DNA from: Daejeonella sp.
GTDB taxonomy: Bacteria > Bacteroidota > Bacteroidia > Sphingobacteriales > Sphingobacteriaceae
Direction of reading: 5' to 3'
Assembly (NCBI GenBank): GCA_037719315.1
Contig: JBBJNR010000004.1
Span: forward strand, 11,737-75,736
DNA: 64,000 nucleotides
The notes below the pieces were generated by a model. That model was given only the letters and a program-made list of their open reading frames with translations. It was not told the DNA's origin and ran no database searches. How positions within the stretch are numbered: position 1 is the stretch's first letter; every line of letters starts with the position of its first letter. A program made the position numbers and the translations under genes. Shown in pieces: positions 1 to 10,952 of the stretch.

Positions 1-294
1 TACCGAAAAGCTTATAAACTAACCATTTATAGTACAAAGCAGGGCGCATCGGATTCATTCCCGGCAGTATAGCCGGGATCTCCTGACTTAAGCACTAAAT
101 TTTAACCTACTTTAGAACATTGCGTTTTTTATTCCTGGTTGATCCAAATTCTGAGCAAGACATATACTGCGCATGTCTTTGGGGGGATCCCGGGCCTTCG
201 CCCCGGGAAAAATCCTCCATTTTCTGAATCAAAAAATAATCGCCTGCATAAAAAATCCCATCTTTGCATAAATTTTTGAGCGAGTATTCTATCT

Positions 295-3147
295 ATGGAT
301 AAATCTATTCCCGACCTTGGTGAGCAAAGTGAAGTTGAAGTTCTTGGTGCCCGGGTACATAATTTAAAAAATATAGATGTTTCTTTTCCGCGCAATAAGC
401 TGGTTGTTATAACCGGCCTGAGCGGCAGCGGAAAATCGTCGCTGGCTTTCGACACGATTTACGCAGAAGGCCAGCGTCGTTATATGGAGACCTTCAGTGC
501 CTATTCACGTCAGTTCCTTGGGGGGATGGAACGGCCCGACGTTGACAAAATATCGGGTTTAAGCCCTGTTATTGCGATCGAACAGAAAACTACCAGCAAA
601 AACCCTCGTTCTACAGTAGGTACGATAACTGAAATTTATGATTTCATGCGGCTGCTCTTTGCCCGAACCGGGGAAGCTTACTCCTATGTTAGCGGAGAGA
701 AGATGGAGCGTATGACCGAGGATCAGATCCTGAAAAATATCCAGGAAAAGTTCGACGGACAGGCAATAAATATATTAGCTCCGGTTGTCAAGGGCCGGAA
801 AGGCCATTACCGCGAGCTGTTTGAGCAAATCCGTAAGCAGGGCTATCTCAAAGTACGCGTGGATGGCGAGATCCAGGACATTACTCCCAAGATGCAGCTG
901 GACAGGTATAAGATCCATGATATTGAAATGGTAATTGACCGCCTACTGGTCAGTGAGCAGGATAACACGCGACTGTATGATTCCATCCAATCGGCGCTGA
1001 AAGTCTCGAAAGGTATTATTAAGATCAGCGACAAAGAAAATAAAGAATTCTTCTATAGTAAATACCTGATGGATCCTGTTTCGGGGATTTCCTATGACGA
1101 ACCTCAGCCCAACACATTTTCTTTTAATTCGCCCTACGGCGCCTGTGTACGCTGCGGCGGCTTAGGATATATTTTTGAGGTGGACCGGAATTCAGTGATC
1201 CCAAATCAAAAATTAAGCATCATGCAGGGCGGCCTTGCCCCGCTCGGAGAATACCGGGAAACGTGGGTGTTCCAGATCCTCAAAGCTCTTGCAAAAAAAT
1301 ACAGCTTCTCGCTGTCCACTCCGCTTGAAAAAATACCGGAAGAAATTGTTGAAGTCATACTCAATGGTTCTCCTGATATCGTCACTGTTCCGGTGGAATA
1401 CAATAAGTGGAATGTTCAAAACTACCAGATCTCATTTGACGGCATCATAAAGATGCTGGAAGAGCAAACCGAACGACGGGGGGATGATGTTGGAGAAGAC
1501 CTGGAAAATTACCGTGCGCTTAAGACGTGTCCTGAATGCGGGGGTGCAAGGCTCAAAAAAGAATCCCTGCACATCAAGGTAAATGAAAAAAACATCTATG
1601 AGCTGGCCTGCATGGATATTACCAGGCTTTTTGAATGGTTTGAGAACATTGAAAACCGGCTTAGTGAGAGGCAGAATATCATAGCGAAGGAAATACTTAA
1701 AGAGATCCGCTCGCGCATCGGTTTTCTCCTCGATGTGGGGTTAAATTACCTTACTTTAGACAGAACTGCAAAGACCCTGTCCGGAGGGGAAGCCCAGCGG
1801 ATCAGGCTGGCCACCCAGATCGGATCACAACTTGTGAATGTTCTTTACATCCTGGACGAGCCAAGTATCGGTCTTCACCAGCGTGATAATGCGCGATTGA
1901 TCTCGGCTTTAAAAAACCTTCGGGATATCGGCAATACGGTATTGGTGGTTGAACATGATAAGGATATGATCATGCAGGCCGACCACGTAATTGACATGGG
2001 CCCTGCTGCTGGTGAGCATGGAGGCGAGGTGGTAGGACAAGGTACACCGGAAGAGTTTGCGAAGGCAAAAACCCTGACCAATGATTATATCAGCGGCAGA
2101 AAAGAAATTTCCATTCCCTTGAAACGCAGAAAAGGTAACGGCAAATCCCTGATCCTGAAAAATGTCAGCGGCAATAATCTGAAGAACGTATCCGTGGAAT
2201 TTCCTTTGGGTAAATTCATTTGTGTGAGCGGAGTTTCAGGAAGCGGGAAATCCACTTTAATTGCCGAAACACTGTATCCTATCCTGAACCATCATTTTTT
2301 CCGGGCGAAGAAAAAACCTATGCCTTATAAAAAGATTGAAGGATTGGAGCATATCGATAAGGTCATCGAAATTGATCAAACTCCGATCGGTAGGACCCCA
2401 CGATCTAATCCGTCAACTTACACCGGCGTATTCTCCGATATCAGGAACCTCTATGTTATGCTTCCCGAAGCTAAGATAAGGGGCTATAAACCCGGGCGCT
2501 TTTCATTTAACGTAAAAGGGGGGCGCTGCGAAACGTGTCAGGGCGCCGGGATGAAGCTGATCGAGATGAATTTCCTGCCGGATGTGCAGGTGCCGTGTGA
2601 AGAATGCAGCGGAAAACGTTATAACCGCGAAACACTGGAAGTTCGCTACCGCGGAAAATCAATCAGTGATGTACTGGATATGAGCATTGAAGATGCGGTT
2701 GCATTCTTCGAGCCTATTCCTTCCATTTATCGTAAGATCAAAACTTTGCAGGAGGTGGGGCTGGGCTATATCCGTTTGGGACAATCTTCTACAACGCTCT
2801 CAGGGGGTGAAGCGCAGCGGGTTAAACTTGCTACAGAGCTGTCTAAAAAAGACACGGGGAATACGTTTTATATTCTTGATGAGCCGACTACCGGACTGCA
2901 TTTCGAGGATATCAGCGTTCTTCTGGGCGTCCTTAACCGTCTGGTCGATCATGGAAATACGATCCTGGTTATCGAACATAACCTGGATGTGATCAAAGTA
3001 GCCGATTGGGTAATCGACCTTGGGCCTGAAGGCGGATCAGGTGGCGGTGAGATCCTTTTTGAAGGCGCTCCGGAAGATTTGGTTAAAGTGAAAAAAAGTC
3101 ATACGGGAAAATATCTGGGGATAGAAATGGGGGTTAAGAAGGGGTGA
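295..3147 (+). CDS. uvrA: Excinuclease ABC subunit A
   Basis: Two ABC ATPase modules ([23 protein letters not shown], two LSGGEAQR signatures) and CxxC zinc fingers; 950 aa. Confidence 0.98.
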   Translation: MDKSIPDLGEQSEVEVLGARVHNLKNIDVSFPRNKLVVITGLSGSGKSSLAFDTIYAEGQRRYMETFSAYSRQFLGGMERPDVDKISGLSPVIAIEQKTTSKNPRSTVGTITEIYDFMRLLFARTGEAYSYVSGEKMERMTEDQILKNIQEKFDGQAINILAPVVKGRKGHYRELFEQIRKQGYLKVRVDGEIQDITPKMQLDRYKIHDIEMVIDRLLVSEQDNTRLYDSIQSALKVSKGIIKISDKENKEFFYSKYLMDPVSGISYDEPQPNTFSFNSPYGACVRCGGLGYIFEVDRNSVIPNQKLSIMQGGLAPLGEYRETWVFQILKALAKKYSFSLSTPLEKIPEEIVEVILNGSPDIVTVPVEYNKWNVQNYQISFDGIIKMLEEQTERRGDDVGEDLENYRALKTCPECGGARLKKESLHIKVNEKNIYELACMDITRLFEWFENIENRLSERQNIIAKEILKEIRSRIGFLLDVGLNYLTLDRTAKTLSGGEAQRIRLATQIGSQLVNVLYILDEPSIGLHQRDNARLISALKNLRDIGNTVLVVEHDKDMIMQADHVIDMGPAAGEHGGEVVGQGTPEEFAKAKTLTNDYISGRKEISIPLKRRKGNGKSLILKNVSGNNLKNVSVEFPLGKFICVSGVSGSGKSTLIAETLYPILNHHFFRAKKKPMPYKKIEGLEHIDKVIEIDQTPIGRTPRSNPSTYTGVFSDIRNLYVMLPEAKIRGYKPGRFSFNVKGGRCETCQGAGMKLIEMNFLPDVQVPCEECSGKRYNRETLEVRYRGKSISDVLDMSIEDAVAFFEPIPSIYRKIKTLQEVGLGYIRLGQSSTTLSGGEAQRVKLATELSKKDTGNTFYILDEPTTGLHFEDISVLLGVLNRLVDHGNTILVIEHNLDVIKVADWVIDLGPEGGSGGGEILFEGAPEDLVKVKKSHTGKYLGIEMGVKKG

Positions 3148-3162
3148 AGTTAAAAGCGAAAG

Positions 3163-3262
3163 GGTTTTAACCGCCAAACGCGCCAAGATCTACGCAGTGC
3201 GCCAAGCCCAGCTTAGCGACCATTGCGAAAACCCTGTGCGGCCTTTGCGGTAAAAAAAAACC
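3163..3262. repeat. Imperfect long inverted-repeat (REP-like) element of the ACCGC...CGCAAAG / CTTTGCG...GCGGT type
   Basis: Left arm ttttaaccgccaaacgcgccaagatctacgcagtgcgccaag pairs imperfectly with right arm cttagcgaccattgcgaaaaccctgtgcggcctttgcggtaaaa; a related copy lies at 11543-11677. Confidence 0.65.
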
Positions 3263-3323
3263 TTGCCCAAGGCAAGCCCCCTCTGCGCGGCAAAAAAACC
3301 ATCCCTTTTATCTACCTTAGACC

Positions 3324-4877
3324 ATGCTCAACCTTCTAACTTCTTCACAGATCAGGGATGCAGATGCGCATACCATTGCAACTAAGCCACTCAGCTCTTT
3401 TGATCTTATGGAATCGGCAGCCAGGGCATTCGTAACCGAGTTTAAAAAGGAATTCCCTGATAAAAACATACCCCTTACTATCTTTTGCGGTACGGGGAAT
3501 AATGGCGGAGATGGTTTAGCAATCGCGAGACTTCTCAAACAAGAGGACTGCACACATATTTATGTGAAAATTGTACGGTTTTCCAGCAAGTCAACCAAAA
3601 ACTTCGATGCCAATCTTACCAGCTTAAAAAATACAGACATTCCAGTTGCAGAATTGCTAAGAGAAGAAGACCTTTCCAGCGAGCATCCCGGATTAATTAT
3701 CGATGCCTTACTCGGCTCCGGAATAAATAAACCTGTTGAAGGCTTCTTAAAATCGATCATTGAACACATCAATAATTCAGAAAAAAAAGTAATCTCCGTT
3801 GATATACCCAGTGGGTTTTTCTCCGATGGGATTATTGATAATCAGGATGTTGTCATCAGGGCTAACCTTACAATAAGCTTCCAGCGGCCAAAGATTAACT
3901 TCTTTTTCCCGGAGTCTGCCGCCGCCCTAAAAAGATTTAAAGTCGTACCCATAGGATTGGATGAAGATTACATTGAATCTGTACCTGTACAGTGGAAACT
4001 GATTGGGGAAGCGGACATTCGTGATATTCTGAAGGCGAGAAAGCCCTTCAGCCATAAAGGAAGTTATGGTCACGCTTTGATTATTTCTGGAAACCGGGAA
4101 ACCATGGGTGCGGCTCTGCTGTGTGCAGACGCATGTCTGCATTCCGGTGCCGGTTTGACGACAGCCTGTATCCCTGAAAGCGGATTAACGGCTTTAAACA
4201 CCAGGTCCCCGGAGGTCATGGCTTTGATCAGGGATGAGGGTTTAGTCAAAGAGAAGCTGGAAAACTACGCGTCCATAGCTTTCGGTCCCGGAACGGGAAC
4301 AGATCCCGATAGTGTGAATCTTTTCAAGGACATCTTAAGTCGCCAAAAAGTTCCGATGGTAGTTGACGCCGATGGTTTAAGCATTCTATCCGAAAATACG
4401 GAGCTATTTTCCGCGCTCGGTGCGACGAGCGTACTTACACCACACATGAAAGAATTTGACCGCATGTTTGGTGAACATCAGTCGTGGTGGGAACGGGTTG
4501 AAACGGCACGAAAGAAAGCCCGGGAACTTGGTATCATCATCCTTTTAAAAAACCAATATTCCTTTGTTGTCCTTCCGGACGGCGACGTGCTTATTAATCC
4601 CACAGGAAACCCTGCAATGGCAACAGGCGGTATGGGAGATGTTCTGACCGGAATGATCGCAGGTTTTTTAGCGCAGGGATATTCTGCTAAAGAAGCGACG
4701 ATGCTTGGATGTTATTTGCATGGTGAGGCCGGAGATGAGTTAAAAGAGGAGGGGATGAATAATATACCGCCACGGTATCTTATAGAAAGATTACCTTATT
4801 TAATTGATACGTACTTAAATGGCAAAAGTCCTTCCCGGACGCTCCACAAGAGCTATCCGGGAAAAGCTAAATTATAA
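3324..4877 (+). CDS. nnr: Bifunctional NAD(P)H-hydrate epimerase/dehydratase (YjeF family)
   Basis: N-terminal GxGNNGGDG, HKGSYGHALIISG, LTPHMKEFDR and GNPAMATGGMGDVLTG motifs. Confidence 0.95.
   Translation: MLNLLTSSQIRDADAHTIATKPLSSFDLMESAARAFVTEFKKEFPDKNIPLTIFCGTGNNGGDGLAIARLLKQEDCTHIYVKIVRFSSKSTKNFDANLTSLKNTDIPVAELLREEDLSSEHPGLIIDALLGSGINKPVEGFLKSIIEHINNSEKKVISVDIPSGFFSDGIIDNQDVVIRANLTISFQRPKINFFFPESAAALKRFKVVPIGLDEDYIESVPVQWKLIGEADIRDILKARKPFSHKGSYGHALIISGNRETMGAALLCADACLHSGAGLTTACIPESGLTALNTRSPEVMALIRDEGLVKEKLENYASIAFGPGTGTDPDSVNLFKDILSRQKVPMVVDADGLSILSENTELFSALGATSVLTPHMKEFDRMFGEHQSWWERVETARKKARELGIIILLKNQYSFVVLPDGDVLINPTGNPAMATGGMGDVLTGMIAGFLAQGYSAKEATMLGCYLHGEAGDELKEEGMNNIPPRYLIERLPYLIDTYLNGKSPSRTLHKSYPGKAKL
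4832..4863. terminator. Hairpin at the convergent nnr/comB junction
   Basis: ttcccgga-cgctc-cacaa-gagc-ta-tccgggaa with an 8-bp perfect outer stem; short T-run follows on the minus strand. Confidence 0.45.
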
Positions 4878-5595
4878 TATCCAACTTCAGCTTAACCAAC
4901 CTTTCCCCATCCAAAACCGGTATGCTCGTTGTAATATCAACCCTCAGACAGAAAGCGATATCTTCTTCAATACCCAGTTTCTTGAGTCTCTCGCTGTGGG
5001 AGGTTTTTTTGAGATAGGTATTGAGATCGTTTTTAGCGATATTGTAGAGGTCTTCTGCAGCTATACCAGAATCGTCTAAATGGTAGTTTTCATCTTTTAA
5101 AAGGTGAACCACTCCCCCGGCAAATAAGGTATCCTCCAGGTTTACTTTATCTTTCCAACCGGAGCATAAAAGCAATACATCATTGGGCTGGGTCTTTAGC
5201 CAGTTGCAAAGCGCCCCGAGATTCAGGAATGACCCGATCACTATTTTGCTTGCACCGCGGGACAGGTTGATCGCATGGGTACCATTTGTGGTAGTTAAAA
5301 CCACTGTTTTTCCTTCAACTTTATCCTTTATGTAGGAAAAAGGGGAATTCCCGAAATCAAAGCCTGCAACCACCTCGCCATTTCTTTCTGCAGCCAGTAA
5401 AAATGCAGAATGCCGGTAAGATTCACAGGCCTCGACCGTTGCCACCGGGATGATGGCTTCAGCGCCGTTTGCTATCCCATAACAAATAGACGACGTTGCC
5501 CGGAAAATGTCGATCACCACGACAATGCTTTGCTTGAAATCGTACAAATGCAATAAAGCAGGTGTAAGGCATACTTCGAGATTACGTTTTTGCAT
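4867..5595 (-). CDS. comB: 2-phosphosulfolactate phosphatase family protein
   Basis: VVVIDIFRATSSI, FDFGNSP, LTTTNGT and LEDTLFAG motifs. Confidence 0.9.
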   Translation of the reverse strand: MQKRNLEVCLTPALLHLYDFKQSIVVVIDIFRATSSICYGIANGAEAIIPVATVEACESYRHSAFLLAAERNGEVVAGFDFGNSPFSYIKDKVEGKTVVLTTTNGTHAINLSRGASKIVIGSFLNLGALCNWLKTQPNDVLLLCSGWKDKVNLEDTLFAGGVVHLLKDENYHLDDSGIAAEDLYNIAKNDLNTYLKKTSHSERLKKLGIEEDIAFCLRVDITTSIPVLDGERLVKLKLDIII

Positions 5596-5611
5596 CCGGA
5601 TATCTAAGAGA

Positions 5612-6688
5612 TTATTTAAAAGGGAATTTAACTACCTGCGCCTTTATTTTGTTGTCTCGGATCCTTATATAAATCTCAGATCCTTCTTTTGAGAATTCTT
5701 TTGCGATGTAACCCAGCCCTATTGCCTTCTGAAGGGAGGGGGCCTGCGTTCCCGAAGTCACTTTACCAATTGTGTTCCCTTCCGGATCAGTTATTTCATA
5801 GTCATGACGGGGAATTCCACGCTCGATCATTTCAAATCCAACAAGCTTCCGGCTTACTCCTTCCTGCTTTTGAGCGGCCAGGCTTTCTGAATTAATGAAG
5901 TTTTTAGTGAATTTAGTTACCCAGGCCAGGCCGGCTTCAATGGGGGATGTGGTATCATCTATATCATTGCCGTATAGGCAAAATCCCATTTCAAGTCTGA
6001 GCGTATCTCTCGCCGCCAGGCCAATAGGTTTTATCCCGAAGGGCACGCCCGCCCTAAATATTTCATCCCATATATGTTCCGCATGCTTATTATCGAAATA
6101 TAATTCAAAGCCACCGGCGCCGGTATACCCCGTTGCCGAGATCAGCACATTATCAACTCCGGCGAATGTGCCCCTTTTAAAGGTGTAATATTCCATGGAA
6201 GAAAGATCAATATCCGTCAGGCTTTGCAATGCTTCCGCCGACTTCGGGCCCTGGACGGCAAGTAAAGAAGTTTGGTCAGAAATATTCTTCATTTCAACAC
6301 CATTAGTATTATATTTTGATATCCAGTCCCAGTCTTTATCAATATTTGACGCATTGACGACCAGCATGTACGTTTTTTCATCTAAGCGGTAAACGAGCAG
6401 GTCGTCTACGATACCCCCCGTTTCATTCGGAAGACATGAATACTGGATCTTCCCGTCGAAAAGCCTTGACGCATCGTTTGAGCTTACTTTCTGGATCAGA
6501 TCCAGGGCACCATCGCCTTTCAGGATAAATTCGCCCATATGGCTTACATCAAACACCCCAACACTATTGCGGACAACTTCATGCTCGGCATTTATTCCGC
6601 TGTATTGCACGGGCATGTTAAATCCGGCAAAGGGAACCATTTTGGCACCAAGGTTAATGTGGATATCATTTAAAGCTATATTCTTCAT
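5612..6688 (-). CDS. gcvT: Glycine cleavage system aminomethyltransferase T
   Basis: [18 protein letters not shown] and [13 protein letters not shown] motifs. Confidence 0.97.
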   Translation of the reverse strand: MKNIALNDIHINLGAKMVPFAGFNMPVQYSGINAEHEVVRNSVGVFDVSHMGEFILKGDGALDLIQKVSSNDASRLFDGKIQYSCLPNETGGIVDDLLVYRLDEKTYMLVVNASNIDKDWDWISKYNTNGVEMKNISDQTSLLAVQGPKSAEALQSLTDIDLSSMEYYTFKRGTFAGVDNVLISATGYTGAGGFELYFDNKHAEHIWDEIFRAGVPFGIKPIGLAARDTLRLEMGFCLYGNDIDDTTSPIEAGLAWVTKFTKNFINSESLAAQKQEGVSRKLVGFEMIERGIPRHDYEITDPEGNTIGKVTSGTQAPSLQKAIGLGYIAKEFSKEGSEIYIRIRDNKIKAQVVKFPFK

Positions 6689-6711
6689 TTCGGGAATAGA
6701 ATTGATTGCGG

Positions 6712-6719
6712 CAAAAGTA
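6712..6719 (-). promoter_or_regulatory. Bacteroidota primary-sigma -7 element for gcvT
   Basis: TACTTTTG on the minus strand matches TAnnTTTG, about 24 nt upstream of the ATG. Confidence 0.6.
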
Positions 6720-6760
6720 ATTAAAAACGCTTAAAAGCCGCTGTTAATTTGCTTAGTAGG

Positions 6761-7360
6761 CTATAGCGGAAGGCGAATCTGGGGATCTGTAACCCGGAAC
6801 GTTCTGCGGTGATAAGGTGACATGCCGTAGGAAATGACCGCATCCCTGTGCTTGATTGTTGGATAACCTTTATTATTACACCAATCGTACTGGGGATGTT
6901 CAGCAGAAAGCCTGTGCATGTAATCATCACGGTAAGTTTTGGCAAGAATAGAAGCGGCTGCAATGGAATAATATTTGCCATCTCCCTTAATTATACATTG
7001 ATGGCGGATCTTTTGGTAACATTTAAAGCGGTTTCCATCTATTAATATAAATTCAGGGCGTATGTGAAGCTTTTCAAGGGCCAGGTGCATTGCAAGGAAG
7101 GAGGCATTCAATATGTTGATCCTGTCGATCTCCTGGTGATCTACCTGGGCTACCGCATAGGCAATAGCTTCGCGTTCTATAAACTCCCTGAGCAGATAAC
7201 GATCTTTTTCACACAGCTGCTTCGAATCCGTCAGCACCCCATGCGAGAAGTTTCTCGGCAGGATGACGGCGGCAGCAAATACTGGCCCTGCCAGACAGCC
7301 ACGCCCCGCTTCATCGCAGCCCGCTTCAATAAGTTCTTCCTGAAAATACGATAAAAGCAT
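6761..7360 (-). CDS. rnhB: Ribonuclease HII
   Basis: [41 protein letters not shown] motifs. Confidence 0.97.
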   Translation of the reverse strand: MLLSYFQEELIEAGCDEAGRGCLAGPVFAAAVILPRNFSHGVLTDSKQLCEKDRYLLREFIEREAIAYAVAQVDHQEIDRINILNASFLAMHLALEKLHIRPEFILIDGNRFKCYQKIRHQCIIKGDGKYYSIAAASILAKTYRDDYMHRLSAEHPQYDWCNNKGYPTIKHRDAVISYGMSPYHRRTFRVTDPQIRLPL

Positions 7361-7386
7361 AGCGGATCGATAGGAGTTTATGGCAG

Positions 7387-7394
7387 CAAATTTA
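7387..7394 (-). promoter_or_regulatory. Bacteroidota -7 element for rnhB
   Basis: TAAATTTG on the minus strand, 27 nt upstream of the ATG. Confidence 0.55.
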
Positions 7395-7414
7395 AAAATT
7401 CCCCTGATATATCT

Positions 7415-8659
7415 TTATACTATTCGGATAGACAGAAGGGTAATATCGTCAGAATTCATCCTCGCGTTGTTAGTGAGCTGTATATTTCTTAAGATAGCTT
7501 CATTCAGATCATCAACCAGCAGGTGCGAGCTGTTCTGAATATGATCGACCAGTTCTTCATCAGAAATATACACCTCTTCATTTGCACTTTCCACCAGGCC
7601 GTCTGTGTAATTAAATATCAGGCTGCCCGGCGATAAGAGCTCGGTTCCGACCCGGATTGATGGAAGCTTGTCAAAAGCTCCGATAATTGTTGTTCCTTCT
7701 TTGAGGAACTTCACTTTACCATCCATGATCAGTATGGGCGGGTTATGACCGGCATTAACGTATTTCAGCTGCCGGGTATTCTCATTATAGAGCCCTAAAA
7801 AAAGCGTAATGAACCGTTCTCCGTTCGTATTGGAAACAACGATCTCATTCAGACGTTCCGTAACTTTTACGAGGTCACTTTCAACAGAGGCCCAGGCACG
7901 GAGGCTTGCCTGAAAATTTGCCATTAACAGCGCGGCCGGCACGCCCTTTCCTGATGCGTCGGCTATGCACCATAGAAATTCCCCGGACCGTAATTTTATG
8001 AAATCGAAATAATCACCTCCTATATTTTGATTGGGCAGATAGGTCGCTCCCACCTCCATAGAACCAGTTTTAGGCAAGCTTCTTGGAATAAGCATCCCCT
8101 GAACTTCAACTGCCAGCTCCATATCACGCTGCAGTCGCTCCCTGTCAACCCTTTCTTTAAACAGCTTTTTGTTTTCCAGGGCAACCACAATCACATTGAT
8201 CAGCGTCTGAATAAAATTCAAATCGTTATCCAGAAGCTGGTGACCGGTATCGAAATCCCCGATCAGTACAAAAGCGAGGAATTCATCCTTGTGAAATACA
8301 GGAACGAAATACTCATACTTTTTAAGCAGTTCATCCTGATTTGTCTTTAAGGCGGTAATATTTTTGTAGTCTGCAAGCGCCTGGCAGGTTTGCTGTAAGG
8401 TTTTCGCGTTCTCAAATATGCCCCCAAAACGAGCGGCACAGTAAAAATGTTCACTTTCGCGAATTAACAGGCGGACTGTCCCTATTTTAAGATGGACATT
8501 GAGGATCACTTCAAGCATCTCGAAAAGAATACCCGATGAGCTATTCTTGTTAATCGCCTGGGTAATTTCCAGCAAAGAATTTAGCTCCGCCTGCCTTTTT
8601 AAAAGGAGTTGAATTAACTCACTCTCATCATTAACTACTGGAGTTGGAATCTGTGCCAA
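7415..8659 (-). CDS. PP2C/SpoIIE-type (RsbU-like) protein serine phosphatase with N-terminal GAF-like region
   Basis: IGGDYFD, IADASGKGVPAALLMA, YVNAGHNPP, YTDGLVE, DDITLL motifs. Confidence 0.9.
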   Translation of the reverse strand: MAQIPTPVVNDESELIQLLLKRQAELNSLLEITQAINKNSSSGILFEMLEVILNVHLKIGTVRLLIRESEHFYCAARFGGIFENAKTLQQTCQALADYKNITALKTNQDELLKKYEYFVPVFHKDEFLAFVLIGDFDTGHQLLDNDLNFIQTLINVIVVALENKKLFKERVDRERLQRDMELAVEVQGMLIPRSLPKTGSMEVGATYLPNQNIGGDYFDFIKLRSGEFLWCIADASGKGVPAALLMANFQASLRAWASVESDLVKVTERLNEIVVSNTNGERFITLFLGLYNENTRQLKYVNAGHNPPILIMDGKVKFLKEGTTIIGAFDKLPSIRVGTELLSPGSLIFNYTDGLVESANEEVYISDEELVDHIQNSSHLLVDDLNEAILRNIQLTNNARMNSDDITLLSIRIV

Positions 8660-8775
8660 TATTCATTGGTGATGGTGCGTTTAAAAATAGTAAATTATTG
8701 CGGAAAAACAACAGCACGTTACGACTTAGGTGCTTTATGAGACTTTAATTAAGTTCATGTCTTACACCGGGGCTG

Positions 8776-9909
8776 TTATCGCACCATCCTTCCTTTCCAT
8801 TTATATTTTCCCGAATTACCGGCTATACCTATAAAGATCAGGTAAAAGATATGAACGACAGTGGTCAACGGTTGGTACCACAACAATCGGCTTCTTCCTG
8901 CAAAGGAACATATCGCATTTAAAAAAAACAGCTCAGAGGCAAGCTTCAGGCCTAGAGCACCGGCGCTTAACATCCAGAAAGCCGGGTGGAAAAACCCAGC
9001 CACGAAATTCAGGACGATCAGCAGGTTAAATAACCAAACAGATACGCCCAAAAAAACAATGCTTTTATTTTTATACCGGGTACTTTTGGAAGCCCAGCGC
9101 TTCCTCTGCTGAATAAATTCCCCCAGCGTTTCTTTAGCGTGTGTATACACTATCGCATCCTTCGATTTGCAGAACCCTATACCGTCGGGATATGCGGAAG
9201 CGACCTTATGCAGAAATAGCTCATCATCTCCTGATGCCAGATCATCAATTCCCTTAAAACCTTTTAATTCAAAAAAGACGTCGCGGCGATACGCAAGGTT
9301 GGCTCCATTGCACGTTGCAGGCATTTTATTTCCAATCCCTGCCGCCCCCAGGCCGATCAGAAACAGGAATTCGAGGGTTTGGACTTCTTCGAATGCATTT
9401 TTTTCTTCAAAAAATGCTACGGGTGATGATACAAGCTTATAGTTTCCCGATTCATAAAATCCCACAATAGTTTTAAGCCATGAGGCACCCATTCTACAAT
9501 CCGCATCGGTTGTTATGATCAGTTCACCGTCAGCCACCTGGATTGCCTCGGTAATGGCCTTTTTCTTATATGAATTCAGCTTTTCATTTTCATTCAACTG
9601 GATCAATGTTACCCGCCGGTCTGAATAAGACGAAATTATCCCAGCAGTACGGTCTGTGGAATGGTCGTCAACTACGATCAGCCGGAACAATTCTGAAGGG
9701 TAATCCTGCGACAAAATATCCAAAATGGTTTTTTCGATGTTATTCTCTTCATTCCGGGCGGCAATCAATATGCTGACAGAGGTAACGGGTGAGTTTCCCG
9801 CATTACTGAAAAATGGCAGCTTGTCCCATCCTAACCTGAGGTAGCATATCATGCCTACGTAGAAGATTGTAAGGCAAATGGTTAGAATATTAATTACGGC
9901 TGTTACCAA
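8776..9909 (-). CDS. Family 2 glycosyltransferase, membrane-anchored
   Basis: SILIAARNEE, VVDDHSTD, TTDADC, ASGDD, QRKRW motifs; terminal hydrophobic segments. Confidence 0.9.
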   Translation of the reverse strand: MVTAVINILTICLTIFYVGMICYLRLGWDKLPFFSNAGNSPVTSVSILIAARNEENNIEKTILDILSQDYPSELFRLIVVDDHSTDRTAGIISSYSDRRVTLIQLNENEKLNSYKKKAITEAIQVADGELIITTDADCRMGASWLKTIVGFYESGNYKLVSSPVAFFEEKNAFEEVQTLEFLFLIGLGAAGIGNKMPATCNGANLAYRRDVFFELKGFKGIDDLASGDDELFLHKVASAYPDGIGFCKSKDAIVYTHAKETLGEFIQQRKRWASKSTRYKNKSIVFLGVSVWLFNLLIVLNFVAGFFHPAFWMLSAGALGLKLASELFFLNAICSFAGRSRLLWYQPLTTVVHIFYLIFIGIAGNSGKYKWKGRMVR

Positions 9910-10882
9910 AGAAATTAAGTTTTAATACGAATACAGAACCCAAAATAGCGGGAATAATTAAATTAACAAGCCAGATACATGTGGTTGCCGCCATAATTGC
10001 TAATTCCTGTCCGGTAATGAACGCAAAAAAATAGCTTGCTGTAGATGCCCTGACCCCTATATCCAGCAAATCCAGGGATGGCAGCGCTGATTGTATAAAG
10101 AATAGAATAAATAAGATCATAATCATTGGGAAAACCGGGATCTGCGGAACAAGGAGGTGAATGATCAGGAAATATTGAGTGGTAAACACGAGGTATCTTG
10201 AGATACAATAAGTTAAAACCCTGAACATGTCTGCTTTTTTATATTTAGCGAGAATGCTGAAAAACCTTCTGAACGGTTTAATAAATTTTATTTTCGACAA
10301 CAGGCCATCAACCCATTTTATATTAAAATAAAACAAAAGAAAAAAACTACAGAACACAGCTACCAGAAATGTCAGGGCAAAGTTGACCAATATGTTCAGT
10401 TCCATGAACCGGCTTACAAACCATAAAAGGGCTAAGGATCCAAAAATATTTGTAATTACCATTTGCCCGATTGCCCCGACGCTCATGCACACAACGCCGA
10501 TAATCCGCTTCCTTGGCGACAGGAAAAAAACGCGTCCACCATACTCGCCTATCCGGTTTGGGGTAAAAACCGCCAGGGTTAATCCGCAAAAAACAGATTC
10601 AACTGCTTTCCATGTGCTGATCTTTTCAACCTTGTTTAACAGATATTTCCACTTTAATGCTTCGAGAAACCAGTTGAGAAGCATCAGCGAAAACAAGGCC
10701 AGCACTACGATCCATACATCTACAGGAGCAAGGGCAGCCGCTAGCGAACGGAAATCACTGATACTGCGATTATTGCTCAATTTTTGAAAAATAAACCCGA
10801 AAGCCAGTATTAAAATGGCGATCTTAATAATGATACTTAGATTTTTCTTTGCGGAATGGTTCAATAGGTCTTTTTTCTGCAA
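9890..10882 (-). CDS. Lysylphosphatidylglycerol synthase TM / UPF0104 family membrane protein
   Basis: Polytopic hydrophobic protein with LEALKW and FTPNRIGEYGGR motifs. Confidence 0.8.
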   Translation of the reverse strand: MQKKDLLNHSAKKNLSIIIKIAILILAFGFIFQKLSNNRSISDFRSLAAALAPVDVWIVVLALFSLMLLNWFLEALKWKYLLNKVEKISTWKAVESVFCGLTLAVFTPNRIGEYGGRVFFLSPRKRIIGVVCMSVGAIGQMVITNIFGSLALLWFVSRFMELNILVNFALTFLVAVFCSFFLLFYFNIKWVDGLLSKIKFIKPFRRFFSILAKYKKADMFRVLTYCISRYLVFTTQYFLIIHLLVPQIPVFPMIMILFILFFIQSALPSLDLLDIGVRASTASYFFAFITGQELAIMAATTCIWLVNLIIPAILGSVFVLKLNFFGNSRN

Positions 10883-10952
10883 TGTTAAGAAAAAGCTTCG
10901 CCGAATTAGAATTTTGGAAAAAGCTTTGCCTGCAAATTGCTAATATTGAGGG

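Noticed and set aside
51-61. GGATTCATTCC as a possible Bacteroidota SOS-type box (GGA-N5-TCC, motif recalled from memory)
   Set aside because: About 235 nt from the uvrA start, only 6 informative bases, and not seen upstream of ruvC; chance is likely
1-294. Short open frames and several hairpins (tcccggc/gccggga, cccggg/cccggg) upstream of uvrA; an AAGTCAGGAGA string reminiscent of a cobalamin riboswitch 3-prime end
   Set aside because: No recognisable protein, and the rest of the riboswitch consensus is missing; truncated by the window edge
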